A DNA stretch of 64,000 nucleotides, from positions 1-64,000 of the forward strand of contig ADNK01002345.1 of the NCBI GenBank assembly GCA_000320545.1. Direction: 5' to 3'. The translations under genes were made by a program, and so were the position numbers. Source of the DNA: Bigelowiella natans CCMP2755 (Eukaryota; Protista; Cercozoa). A model generated the notes under the pieces. It was given only the letters and a program-made list of their open reading frames with translations, made no database searches and was not told the origin of the DNA. Each line of letters starts with the position of its first letter. Within the stretch, counting starts at the first letter, position 1. Of the stretch, positions 1-10,884 are shown piece by piece.

Positions 1-121
1 CCCCCCGGGGGGGAAAGCAAAACCCCCCCACCCCCACCAAGCTTTTTTTTTGGCCCCCCCCGGTGGGGAGGAGAAGAAAAAAAAAAGGTTTTTTTTTTTT
101 TTTTTTTCCCCCCCCCCCCCC

Positions 122-171
<50 letters not shown>

Positions 172-189
172 CTCCTCCTTCATTCTGAC

Positions 190-1429
190 CTCGCGACAAA
201 GATGTCCGAGCTCAAGATCCCACCGTCGTTCGAAATCAGCCCTTCATGATTATGGTGTAGGTGAATAACACTTACCGCCGAATGGGTATTTAAATTATAA
301 AAAAAAATACAATAAAGAACGGGGTTGTCGTTTGTCTTGGGACGCGGCCACGATGTTAGTTAGGTGTCATGGACAGAGTAGATGGTCGATGTGCGTGAAA
401 CACTTCAAAAATTCTTCCTTTATGGAAAAGAGGGCAAGAACCTTTAAGTTGCCTCTTCATCGATATGAAAGCTAGCAGATAGCTCAATGCTAAGCCTTGT
501 AATACGAGCTGATACACAGATGTTGTTGTTGTTGTTGATGATGATGATGATGATGGATGACAAGCTCACAACGGCGCGAATGCGCACACAACTTGAGATA
601 GTGATATACGTAATTAGCGACCATTCTGGTTGTCTGAAATTGCAGATTTAGCCCGAAATGGGACACGATCGGGGTTGCGAGCGAATACACCAGACCCCAG
701 ATTGTGATTCTGCAGACAGAGGGACTGGTCATTTCATTGAACGCGATGTGAAAATGTAAAACAGAATGATGGAGCCCATCTAAAAACCTGCGCCAGTGGC
801 GGTCTATGAAGCCATGTATTGCGTCAACACACGCTGGAGTTTGAGGGATAATCAACTTCCTGAACACGCATTAAGGTTTTTTTCAAAACGAAATGACGAC
901 ATGGATGAGGAGAAAAACATCGAAGCTTCAAACCTCTGGAGTTCATTGACGCGCTGCGAAACACATTGAGAAACAACCGCAAACCGTTCCTGGCAAATAC
1001 ATGGGGGGCAACATCGCTACAAATCACCAACGATCGATCTTTTTTTTGGGTACACGAACACACGCACGCACGCACGCACGCACGCACACACACACGACGA
1101 ACAACCTTTGTCCAAGTCGAGAGCCAAGAGGAAGAGGTTACGGATGAAGAGGACTTTTCAATAGGAACTGCAACTGAGCTACTTGGAGATGGATTTGTCG
1201 GAATAGGCTTGGGGGCTGATGATGTTAACGACGATGACGATGATGGGCCTGGGGGTATCCCATCTTCACCTCCACCTGCAAATGTCCACATCCTGCCACT
1301 TCTCTTCGAAGACTGGGGGTAGTTGCGATGGAAAATTCGACGCTTTGGATGGTGTAACCTGGAGAGGATGAAATGGTGGAAAGGTTTTGAAATGTCTCGG
1401 AGCTTCTCGAAGAGATAGTGGGGACTCAC
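190..1429 (-). CDS. Probable multi-exon membrane protein with His clusters (desaturase/hydroxylase-like, unconfirmed)
   Basis: Minus-strand ORFs 824..1429 and 490..867 are interrupted by microsatellite-containing segments that look like introns. They show hydrophobic stretches (TIWGLVYSLATPIV, LVLQGLALSYLLAF) and His clusters (DAIHGFID, LHHSVLHFH, HLHHNH). The gene may run off the low-complexity window start. Confidence 0.3.
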
Positions 1430-1817
1430 GTATTCCTGGAGAAACGTTGATTCTGTTGGTTTGTAAAGTGGCTTGCAGGAGTGTCAATCTCTAAGCTGCT
1501 GCACAGAGCCATGCATGCTCCAGCCAGGATATAGAACCGTCCTGATTATGCCAGCAATACATGTGTGTCAGTGTCCTGGTCCAATCAACTAACGCGCGTG
1601 TTTGTGTCGGTCGTCAAAATTGATTTGATTTCTGCTGGAAAATAAGTGTTCCGTATTTCTCCTGCACCGCAGAGGGCATCGTCATGGCTCTCATGAAAAT
1701 GAGCCATCCTTCATGGTACATACTGCGGAAAGGACTAGTCTGTGTTTTGTTTCAATGATTTCTGTCCACCTCCGAAGGGGAGGAGACCCAAAGTCCCTCC
1801 CGCCATGAGAGGTACTT

Positions 1818-1880
1818 GGATTTCCAAGATTAGGGATTTCTCGAGATTTCAGGATTTCCTAGGATTTCCTAGGATTTCCC
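1818..1880. repeat. Short array of GGATTTCC-like units
   Basis: About six degenerate GGATTTCC/GATTTC units, including TAGGATTTCC tandem copies, lie between divergently oriented genes. Confidence 0.7.
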
Positions 1881-2369
1881 AAATATGATTAGAATTTATG
1901 TTGACGTAAGGTATTTTCTACCTGTGTTCTCACAGAATTGTGCGTAAACTCCAATTTATATTCTACGGCTTGATTTCTAAAATGTCTCTCCATGAAATAG
2001 TATGTCCACCTGTTGCTAAGTTGGTCGGTGATAATTAGAAAATTCCACCGAAATTTGGCACTGAGTCGGCGATGGCTGCAACAGCGAGGAACTGAACGCC
2101 ATGAGTCATTGAAGTCCATTTGTGGAATTATTCTTTCGTAAAAATGAATGCTATTTTCACCTGTTTCGGGTGTAAAAAGAACATTAATTGGGGAAAACAG
2201 GCTTCCAATCTACAGGAGGTTGGTTGAACCTTCCCCCCCTCGCTCTCGCTCACTTTTCGTGCCAGCGAAGGGAAGGGTGAAATAGCATCTGCGAGCGAGC
2301 GATAATAATCCAGGCTCATATACTCACTGACGGCGCTTTATTTGGTTCTTTTATTCATTATTTTAGGCC

Positions 2370-4948
2370 ATGTTCGGGTTTCTCGTTTCATTCCTTCTCA
2401 TTGGCGAATGCCTTGCTCTCGAATTTAATGGTCCTCGTAGCGCATCTGTCTTTCAAGACCAGCACGGAAAACTGGCCATCAAAAGCGTCTATGATCCCTC
2501 GGGTGATCCATCTAATAACATTTTTTAACGATAAAGAATGAACACTTTCCAAAATAAGATTTGCTTGCGTAAATTTTGTTTGAGAACTTTGCGTTGGATC
2601 AGGGATCGCGTTTGGAAAGTTCACAGACGCAAAACAGAATCCATCCTTCTTCGGAGAACTATCAATCGAGACAAATCCAAACTTCGATGACGAAGTGCAG
2701 GCACTTGCTGCTGGGTTTCTCGAGGGCTACCTCACTCACGAGCGTGTCTTACAACAATATGATAACATGAAGTGCCAGGTCAACTGCTCGGGTAGTCCAG
2801 GCCCTAACAGCCCTTTGTACCAATGGTTCCAGGTGCCTTCCTTTAAGTAGATAGTGTATAATAATTACCGGAGCTTTGATACAAATACTATACTCCGGAA
2901 AAGAGATCCAATTTTGAAGAACTTAAACTGACGCTAAAATTGTTGCAATTGTTACTTAGAAACAAGATGAATGGTTGGCTGAAAAGATCAAAGAGGACCG
3001 CGCAGACCCAGTCATTGCATACGTGAACCTTTTACGTAAGCAACAGCAAGGTCTGTTAGAAGAGGGTTCCCGCGTGTTTATATTTCAGCAGCTGAGCACC
3101 TCACTCTTAGGTTTGTACGAGGGATATAACACAGCTGCAGAAGACAAGGATCAACTGCCTTGGTAAGCAATATACACACTGACAAACGATAACCTAGTCG
3201 GAAAAAGTAGATGTTGATTATCAAAACGATACAATGCCTAGGTGGTCATTCATTCTGCTCAATGGCATCGGAGACATATTCGACATCAAACCTGCTGTCG
3301 ATCCAACGAAAAGGTTCTTTATTTGATTGGACGGAGCCTTAACCCCTTGTGATGATACCTATGCTTCTTGCAGGCCAAATATTACAGAAATGAGCCACGA
3401 AGACCTCCATAGATACAGGATTAACAATGGCCATTGCTCCGCACTTGTGAAGGTATATCAACTCGAGATCTGCGCGATTTCGATGAGCTTCATGTGCCAT
3501 CGACATCATCGTTACCGCCACCATCATTATCCCGATATCAGCGTCTATGCGACCATCATCATCTAGTACTGACATTATCAGGTGACTGGAGACCTCAGTG
3601 AGATGTTCATGGGACACAGTAGCTGGTATATACCCTCGGTTTTTTTTTTCTCTGTCGAAAAATATCTTGATTCCCTATTATCTTCTCCATCAACACGGCG
3701 GCTGACAAGTGCGATTGCCTCGGTAGGTTCACTTACTCAGCCATGCTGAGGATCTACAAGCACTACCATTTTAACTACAAAGGAGTGCGCGTGGCGAACA
3801 GGGCCCTGAGCTTCTCCTCCTACCCAGGAATGCTGTCCTCCCTCGACGACTTCTACGAGATGCACGACTCGAAAATGGTGATGCTGCAGACGACCAACTC
3901 CGTACTCGACCCCGCCCAGTTCGAGAAGGTCACATACAGGGGGCTTCTGGCATGGCATCGGGTGATCACCGCGAACGCCCTCGCGTCCTCCGGGAAAGAG
4001 TGGAGCGACATTATCGACCACTACAACTCCGGCACGTACAACAACCAGTACATGGTAGTTAACGTCAAGCTCTTCGAGCCAACGAACGCCCTCAAGGACA
4101 ACCTCCTCTGGGTGGTGGAGCAGGTGCCGGGCCTTGTCGTCGGGGGCGACGTGACGGAGGAGCTTCGCAGAGGCTACTGGCCCTCGTACAACGTTCCGTA
4201 CTGGGAGAAGACCTACAACCTGAGCGGCTACTACGCCGTCGATCAGAAAGAAGGCCAGTCGTATGGCAGCCAGTATGAGCTCGCTCCGCGCGCGAAGATC
4301 TTCAGGAGAGACAACGGGAACGTCAAGGACTTCGAGTCGTACAAGGCCATCCTGCGATACAATGACTTCAAGAACGATCCCTACAGCGGGGGCTCTCCGT
4401 TCGGAGCAAGTAAGAACTATCAAAAATGATGTGTGTTGAATACTACTTGAACAATGATGATAATGATGGTTTTAGATGGTGAACCTTTGCACATCTGTTT
4501 GCGCTTGCACATTAGCGCCTTGAGTGCGTCCCTGCTAGCCATTAGCGTTGTGATCATCAGCAATATCAAATACCGCCACCTCTATCAGTATTCCATCATC
4601 TTACCGATTTCTACATCAGTTTGCTCACGAGGAGATTTAAGCTCATCCAGGCCAAGTGCAGGAGGATGCTATGACACTAAAGCTACCTCCGCGTCGATGT
4701 TCGTCAAAGAGGGAAAGGCTTCCGTGATTAATGGCCCAAGTGTAAGCGGCGGTGTCCTCCCTCCGTTCTCCTGGGACGCCTTCCCCGACACACCGCATGA
4801 GGGCATGCCATCGCTATACAACTTCACCTTCCAGGACTTCACAGTCCCTATGTGGAAGTATAATAGCAAGCACAGGAACGCGGAGAACACCTTCGTCCCG
4901 ACCACACTCCACGCATGGAAGCTTGCGTCAGCTCATCTCGAAAACTAA
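2370..4948 (+). CDS. Phospholipase B-like (PLBD family, Ntn hydrolase), multi-exon
   Basis: Signal peptide MFGFLVSFLLIGECLA at 2370. Family motifs are DEVQALAAGFLEGYLT, catalytic GHCSALVK (~3430-3450), MGHSSW, FTYSAMLRIYKHY, FSSYPG, YNSGTYNNQYM, GYWPSYNVPY, RAKIFRRD and RGDL...GGCYDTK. GT-AG introns separate the exons. Confidence 0.93.
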
Positions 4949-5118
4949 CTTCGTGGATATTACTACAGAGAGTACTCGCGCATGTGCATATTGATGTACA
5001 TATCTAGATATGCATGCGCTTCCGGATGTATTTGTTATATCAGAGTGTAGAGCGAAGGCTGAGAATTCACTGTTATCAATATCTATTAGCGCGCACACAC
5101 ACACACACAGTCACACAT

Positions 5119-5154
<36 letters not shown>

Positions 5155-5167
5155 GTGTGTGTGTACA

Positions 5168-5494
5168 TGTTGCGCGTAAGGTGTTCACAGGCCGAGGCGC
5201 TACGTGCACAAGTAGGCAAGGGGGGGGGAAAGGCACGTTTGCTTCCTTTTGAAGAGTTGTGTTTATTTTTATTAAAGATTATATTTTTATTAAATCGTGC
5301 ACTGCGTAATCATTCGCGAAGCTTTCGCGAATGCCGCCGCACGTGGGGCAGCACACTTCCGGTGTGCTGCCATGAGTCCCGCCGGAACCCACGTGCCTAT
5401 GCTGTATTAATATCTACGTTATCTATATTCTATATCCGCGACAACCCCTTTGTTGTCGCACGTGACTTGTGCCCGCGTAGTGGTACGCGCTACA
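5168..5494 (-). repeat. 3' LTR (327 bp)
   Basis: Matches 10559-10884. The only difference I found is a 1-bp indel next to the G-run (GCAAG9 vs GCAG9). Confidence 0.95.
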
Positions 5495-5540
5495 CCTCCC
5501 CCAAGTCACGTTGCTCCTTCCTTCCTTCCTTATTCCCTTA
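5495..5540 (-). other. Polypurine tract
   Basis: The minus strand reads ...AAGGGAATAAGGAAGGAAGGAAGGAG...GGGGGAGG and directly abuts the 3' LTR. Confidence 0.8.
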
Positions 5541-5545
5541 GACCT

Positions 5546-8500
5546 TCATCGCTTTCGGAACTTCACCAACCACCAGGTAATAGATTCCTCTCTAACCTTA
5601 TCTCCTTTGTCGCTTACCCAGAACTCACCTTCGTCCTTAGGTTCGTGTCCATACCAGCCCTCTGCATCAAGGTCCCCCAGGACCTTATACCAGTGCTCAA
5701 AGGGTAAGTCGGGAACAGCTAGGTAGAGTAGCTGATATTTTCCGTCCTTTATTTTCATAGCTACCCTCTCCATATTTCGTAATCCAGGGTAGCCTAGATA
5801 GACAATCTTCATGCGCCAATCGTCGTTCACCCTGACCTTATTGTTTCCATATTCCACATCGAACTTAGGTCGGGGTCCTAAACAAGGCATTGCTCGCTCC
5901 CACACAGTAGGGTTTACTTTAACATCCTCTAGGAGCTTCTCACCGATATCATAATTCTTTAGGTGACTGATGTGGCGCAAGGTGACCCTGTTCCCATCAT
6001 AGATGTAGTACTGCTTCCTCCCCTTCCTCTCGGTAACCTTTGCAACGCCACCCCAGAAGGGGTCTTGTTTATTTCTCGATCTCAGATTTACCTTGGCCCT
6101 AACATACTGTCCTTCCTTTAGAACTCGGCCATCGTACGGGACCTTCTCGTCTTCGCTCTCGGTATCGTCGTCGTTGTCGTCGCCTTCTTCCCTCTCCTTA
6201 TCCTTGATACCTCCCCCAGACGTGAAGGTGTCGTTTACTAACCCTTGTATCTTGTCTGGTGTGGTGCTATTTATCCTGCTTAGGTTGGCCAAGGTGCGGT
6301 GGAGTCGCTCTACCTTGGAGTTGGACTGGGCATAGTATACAGGTGAGGCATCAATATTAGGGTGTGGTAGCTGTAGAAGAGAGGTCTCATTATCCACATG
6401 TAACTTCTTTGGTATCTTGTTTATGCTAACTTCATCAGGGATAGCCTGGAGCTCAGACTCCCAGGTACGGTAGCAGTTAGTAAGCCTCTGCTTATATAAG
6501 CCTTTGTTCTTCTTAGCAACGTTGACCTTGATAATCTTTTTAACCCAGCACTTTCCAGTGGCCACATCAACGAAGGTAAGGTAGTGATAGCCATCGTACT
6601 TATAAACATCAATTTGCACGATATCTAAGAAGTTCCTTGCTTTGATTTTCTTAGATGCACGGCTCTTGCTGGACTCCTTGGTGGCGACGCCTGCCGCCTT
6701 CAAGCTGGAGCACCTGCAGCCACGCAGGTATGTCCTTATCTCTTTTAGCTTGTAGGGCCAGTAGTAATGGTAGAGTAGAGCAGTGATATGGTTTTCTCCT
6801 ACGTGTGCAGGTCCATGGGCGGTAAAGAGAAGGGCTCCCCTGGTCCGCCGTGGCACGTAGGTACGCCTAACATTATTAGTGTATACATATATCCTATCAC
6901 TAAGTACCTCATGCTTGTGTTTGTATTTATCCAGGTGTTCTTGAAGGTGCTGGAGCTCCTCTGGCTCAGGCAGGAAGTCGCCGTCCTCGAAGGTAATCGC
7001 GTTAACCATAGGGGTGACCTGGGTAGGGACTTTCTTTTCGAACAGCCTGCTGAAATAGTCAGCAAGCTGCTTGTCTCCTGGTGCGTAGACCACTGTCCTC
7101 TTGTCCCTAAACTCTTCCGTGTCCGCCCTCATAGCTGCATACTCATCGTTAGGCGCTTCGAGCTTGCGGTCGATGCCTAGGAGGGGCTTGTGGTCAGTCA
7201 TTAAGGTGAAGCTGGGCACCGACAGCAGGTAGTATCTTAGTTTCCTCTGCGCCTCAGTCATGGCTTTATACTCTCCTTTTGTAGGGCTGTACTTGGCCTC
7301 AGCTGCTGTGCAGGCCCTGCCCCACACCCGTATGATCTGCTGGTCTTGGGTAAGTACAGCAGCCATACCTAGCTTAGACCAGTCTGTCCATAGGGTAGCT
7401 GGTCTAGTAGTGTCTAGCTTAGCATTCAATAGGGTGTTGCTGCATAACTTTATTAGGTTATCGAAGTGGGCATCAAGGCCAGCCTTGGCCCACACCTTAG
7501 CGAAGCTGAGGCCTACAGAGTTCTCCTTCCGGTAAGCAGTAGTAAAAGCAGCTGCAGTCCTAGCGTAGGTAGGGGAGAACCTACGTAGTATCCAAGCTGC
7601 AGTCTGCAAGAATGACTTTAACTCCTTTGCATTCTTAGGTTTAGGGGCTTGCTGTAGTGCTGCTACTTTCTCGGGGTTTGGGGTGATGCGGCCTTGCTCC
7701 AGGTAATATCCACACCACTTGATTCTTGTAGCTAGGAATGTACACTTCTGCAGTCTAATAGTAAAACCGAAGTGTGCAAACCTAATAAATATATTTTCCA
7801 GGAGGAAGATCTGAGCGACGACTGTGTTGGTACATATTATGTCATCATCCACATACACAAACACAAACACCCACAACACAGACGCCATCCCATCATGTGT
7901 GTATGCCCTGTAGTTCTGACTACTGAACGCATCCCCTGATATGCTTAGGCCGTAAGGGAATACGACGAAGTGCCACTTCCTGTGCCTGCTGGAGAACGCG
8001 GTAATGGGGCGGGAGGTTTTGTGGATGGGTGTCTGCATGTATGATTCATTTTTATCTAGGGAAGAGTAGTATTTGTATCCTATGACGTGTTCAATAACGT
8101 CATCTATCCTTGGTGTAGGTGTCTGGATCCTCTTTATTACTCGGTTGTGGCGGATGAAGTTGTGAGCCAGGCGGAAGAAAGGGTAAGTAGGTTTCTTAGC
8201 TAGCACATGTCTCACGTTCCATGGTGAGTTGCTTGGCTCTATCTTCCCTTCCTTTGCCCATTCATTGATCTGCCACTCTATCTTTTCCCAGTCCGCTTCC
8301 GGTCGCCTATGTTCTGGGTCATTGATGATGCACTCTTCGTATCCCTTCTTTAGCTCGATCTTTACTGGGGTAAGCTTGCTGGAGGGCTTCGTCGTCGGCT
8401 TGGTGATGTCAGAGTACTTCTCGTTTAATATTTTATTAATGTACTTTTTGCCTTTGTCGATATCCCAATCATCAGCTGGGGGGGTCTTGTCCAGTAGCTC

Positions 8501-10519
8501 CGTTATCTGTCGGATGGTCTTGCCGGGGTTCTTCTTCCGTAGCTCGGTAGGTGTAGGTAGCTTGTTGTCCGCTAGGTCCATAAACTCTAACGCATTAACG
8601 CTTGACTCAGAGGTCCACTCGTCAAGCCGTATCATGTTCTGGCTGATGGTCCTGCCTGACTTCTTTGGCAACTTAGCAAAGTATATCTTGTGATTGTAGA
8701 ATGATATGATCCCCCCTAATTTTTCTAGGGCATCCTGTCCGAGGAGTAGTTCCATGGATAAAGTCATGGCTACTCGGGTCTTGATTTGGGTCTCCGCGTC
8801 GCTGCCAGGTATCTGTAGCTTTAGCATTAGCTCACCGACGGTCTTCATGGAAGAGCTTCCGTCTGCTTGAGCATATTTACGTTCTTTCTTAGTCACTTGA
8901 TCCAATAGTCCTAACCTTCTTACTGTGCTTAGGCTTATGAAGGACTTCGGCATGCTGCCACTATCCCAAAGGGCAGGTAGTTTCTTGTAGTCTCCGTAGC
9001 TGTCTTTAACTTTAACCTTGGTCATAGCAACTTTGATAGTCCTGTTAGCGTCTTCGTCATTAATGTTGCATACTCCTAAGTTCTTTATGTCGTCTAGGGT
9101 CATGGGCTTGTCTTGGTCCTGCGTTGCTGGTACTGCTGTCTTCGTCGGCGCCTGCTTAAGGTGATCTAATATTCCGTTTATCTGCTGCTGTATAGCATTG
9201 ATACTGTTCTGCTTTTTGTTCTTATATTTATTGTTCTTCCCGTTGTTGCTGCCTTGCCATTTGCTGTTGTTATATCCTTGTCCTCTGCCTTTCTTTCTCT
9301 TTAACTTCTCGTAGTGTTCGTTGAGCTGCCTGATCGTCATCCTGGGTCGTCCTTCTTTCCTGTCTCTGCAGTCTTTAGCGGTGTGTTTCCCTTTACGTGA
9401 GCAGTATCCGCAACGTCGGTTACCTTCCCTGTCCTTGTACCAGTCTCGCTGCGGCTTAATAGCGTTAATGTTTCCTATGCCAGGTACCTTAGGGCTGGTA
9501 AACTTGCGGTCCTGCTCCTGCTCGCGTAGGGATATAGCCTGCACTGCTGCCTCCATCGTGGTGTAGCCTTTCTCCGTAACGTAAGTGGATTCCTTTATCT
9601 TTAACTTGAACTCTTCAAACCTTGCCTGATCATCACCTGTGTTGTAATTAAAATCATGTAGTTCGTCGATCATATCCTGGAAGCGCGTGGCAAAGTCTCT
9701 AACAGGTTCTCTCTCATGCTGCATCATTGCTCTGTATTTTCTAATAGCCTGGGGTAGGGAGTTAGCATCCTGTTCATTTACAAAAGCCTTCATTATCGCC
9801 TCAACGTCTCGTAGCCCACTAACTGTAGTGTGTATTTTCTCTAGCTGCCTGATCCGGGTCCTGCCTGTCTCGTAAAGGTCCATGGCTTGCTTTATTATAG
9901 CTAGCCATTTGAGCTTGTCGTTTTCGGTGGGGTTAGGGGTAAAGTCGCAGAGTATACTCCTAGCGTTCTTCCACCACCTCCTTGCCTCACCTCTTTTCCC
10001 GTTGTATTTCGTTATCATAACCGGTGCTGTTTTAACAGACATGAACTGGGTGTTCCGCTGTACCGGCTGCTGCTGCTTGACGGTGCTCTGGGTCGTCCCC
10101 CGCGAGGCGCCCAGACCCCCGTCGTTCCTAAACAAAGCTGCCCACTCTGGAGGTAAGTCTGCTTCGTAATCCATGATGTCCTGCATGATAGCTGCCCAAA
10201 CATCATGTGTCTGATACTTGTATTCTATCGATACTTTCAGTTTGGCGTAGTTGCTCGCCCTGGGTCGCAAGGCTCGTAATGCCATTACGACCTTCTTGCT
10301 TTCGGCGGCCACGTCCTCGTCGTCCGCCTCGTAGAAGTTCTCCAGTGCCTCTGCTGCTGCATCTGCTTTCTTAATCCCGGGTGCTGGTCCCGGCGGTGCC
10401 TGTGGAGGTGTTCCTCCTCCTTCCTTAGCGTCCGTATCGCCCTTCCTTTCCTGTTTCTGCTCGTGCCCTTGCACGGCCTGCGAGCCAAAGTCCTGCTGTT
10501 CTTCTAGCTGCTGTGACAT
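5546..10519 (-). CDS. Gag-Pol polyprotein (1657 aa): gag, zinc knuckle, aspartic protease, RT, RNase H, integrase, C-terminal extension
   Basis: Knuckle CGYCSRKGKHTAKDC (9368-9412), protease ALWDSGS, RT YVDDD (7841-7855), RNase H LWTDWSKLGMAAVL, integrase HHCC (AHGPAHVG...CRC) and the triad QIDV / HVDNE / KVERL. There are no stops or frameshifts. Confidence 0.96.
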   Translation of the reverse strand: MSQQLEEQQDFGSQAVQGHEQKQERKGDTDAKEGGGTPPQAPPGPAPGIKKADAAAEALENFYEADDEDVAAESKKVVMALRALRPRASNYAKLKVSIEYKYQTHDVWAAIMQDIMDYEADLPPEWAALFRNDGGLGASRGTTQSTVKQQQPVQRNTQFMSVKTAPVMITKYNGKRGEARRWWKNARSILCDFTPNPTENDKLKWLAIIKQAMDLYETGRTRIRQLEKIHTTVSGLRDVEAIMKAFVNEQDANSLPQAIRKYRAMMQHEREPVRDFATRFQDMIDELHDFNYNTGDDQARFEEFKLKIKESTYVTEKGYTTMEAAVQAISLREQEQDRKFTSPKVPGIGNINAIKPQRDWYKDREGNRRCGYCSRKGKHTAKDCRDRKEGRPRMTIRQLNEHYEKLKRKKGRGQGYNNSKWQGSNNGKNNKYKNKKQNSINAIQQQINGILDHLKQAPTKTAVPATQDQDKPMTLDDIKNLGVCNINDEDANRTIKVAMTKVKVKDSYGDYKKLPALWDSGSMPKSFISLSTVRRLGLLDQVTKKERKYAQADGSSSMKTVGELMLKLQIPGSDAETQIKTRVAMTLSMELLLGQDALEKLGGIISFYNHKIYFAKLPKKSGRTISQNMIRLDEWTSESSVNALEFMDLADNKLPTPTELRKKNPGKTIRQITELLDKTPPADDWDIDKGKKYINKILNEKYSDITKPTTKPSSKLTPVKIELKKGYEECIINDPEHRRPEADWEKIEWQINEWAKEGKIEPSNSPWNVRHVLAKKPTYPFFRLAHNFIRHNRVIKRIQTPTPRIDDVIEHVIGYKYYSSLDKNESYMQTPIHKTSRPITAFSSRHRKWHFVVFPYGLSISGDAFSSQNYRAYTHDGMASVLWVFVFVYVDDDIICTNTVVAQIFLLENIFIRFAHFGFTIRLQKCTFLATRIKWCGYYLEQGRITPNPEKVAALQQAPKPKNAKELKSFLQTAAWILRRFSPTYARTAAAFTTAYRKENSVGLSFAKVWAKAGLDAHFDNLIKLCSNTLLNAKLDTTRPATLWTDWSKLGMAAVLTQDQQIIRVWGRACTAAEAKYSPTKGEYKAMTEAQRKLRYYLLSVPSFTLMTDHKPLLGIDRKLEAPNDEYAAMRADTEEFRDKRTVVYAPGDKQLADYFSRLFEKKVPTQVTPMVNAITFEDGDFLPEPEELQHLQEHLDKYKHKHEVLSDRIYVYTNNVRRTYVPRRTRGALLFTAHGPAHVGENHITALLYHYYWPYKLKEIRTYLRGCRCSSLKAAGVATKESSKSRASKKIKARNFLDIVQIDVYKYDGYHYLTFVDVATGKCWVKKIIKVNVAKKNKGLYKQRLTNCYRTWESELQAIPDEVSINKIPKKLHVDNETSLLQLPHPNIDASPVYYAQSNSKVERLHRTLANLSRINSTTPDKIQGLVNDTFTSGGGIKDKEREEGDDNDDDTESEDEKVPYDGRVLKEGQYVRAKVNLRSRNKQDPFWGGVAKVTERKGRKQYYIYDGNRVTLRHISHLKNYDIGEKLLEDVKVNPTVWERAMPCLGPRPKFDVEYGNNKVRVNDDWRMKIVYLGYPGLRNMERVAMKIKDGKYQLLYLAVPDLPFEHWYKVLGDLDAEGWYGHEPKDEGEFWVSDKGDKVREESITWWLVKFRKR

Positions 10520-10536
10520 TGTTAGTCAAATCGTTT

Positions 10537-10553
10537 CCCGTGTGTGGAAGCCA
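10537..10553 (-). other. Primer binding site
   Basis: The minus strand reads TGGCTTCCACACACGGG, 5 nt inside the 5' LTR. It is complementary to a tRNA-like 3' end (...GTGTGGAAG-CCA). The tRNA identity was not determined. Confidence 0.8.
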
Positions 10554-10558
10554 AAGGT

Positions 10559-10884
10559 TGTTGCGCGTAAGGTGTTCACAGGCCGAGGCGCTACGTGCAC
10601 AAGTAGGCAGGGGGGGGGAAAGGCACGTTTGCTTCCTTTTGAAGAGTTGTGTTTATTTTTATTAAAGATTATATTTTTATTAAATCGTGCACTGCGTAAT
10701 CATTCGCGAAGCTTTCGCGAATGCCGCCGCACGTGGGGCAGCACACTTCCGGTGTGCTGCCATGAGTCCCGCCGGAACCCACGTGCCTATGCTGTATTAA
10801 TATCTACGTTATCTATATTCTATATCCGCGACAACCCCTTTGTTGTCGCACGTGACTTGTGCCCGCGTAGTGGTACGCGCTACA
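10559..10884 (-). repeat. 5' LTR (326 bp)
   Basis: Matches 5168-5494 and is adjacent to the PBS. Confidence 0.95.

Larger units (their letters stand above)
5168..10884 (-). mobile_element. Full-length Ty3/Gypsy LTR retrotransposon
   Basis: Two near-identical LTRs with TG...CA ends and imperfect terminal inverted repeats (TGTTGCGCGTA / TACGCGCTACA). PBS and PPT are present, and a single gag-pol ORF has domain order PR-RT-RH-IN. Confidence 0.97.

Noticed and set aside
1-165. ORF 50..268 and the poly-C/G/T/A and (CT)n runs
   Set aside because: Pure low-complexity sequence, probably a noisy assembly region. The translation consists of homopolymer amino acids.
3737-4423. 228-aa minus-strand ORF
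   Set aside because: Antisense shadow of the GC3-rich phospholipase B exon.
5010-5541. ORFs 5014..5541 and 10542..10907 with the same peptide
   Set aside because: These are translations of the LTR itself, with no protein-family features.
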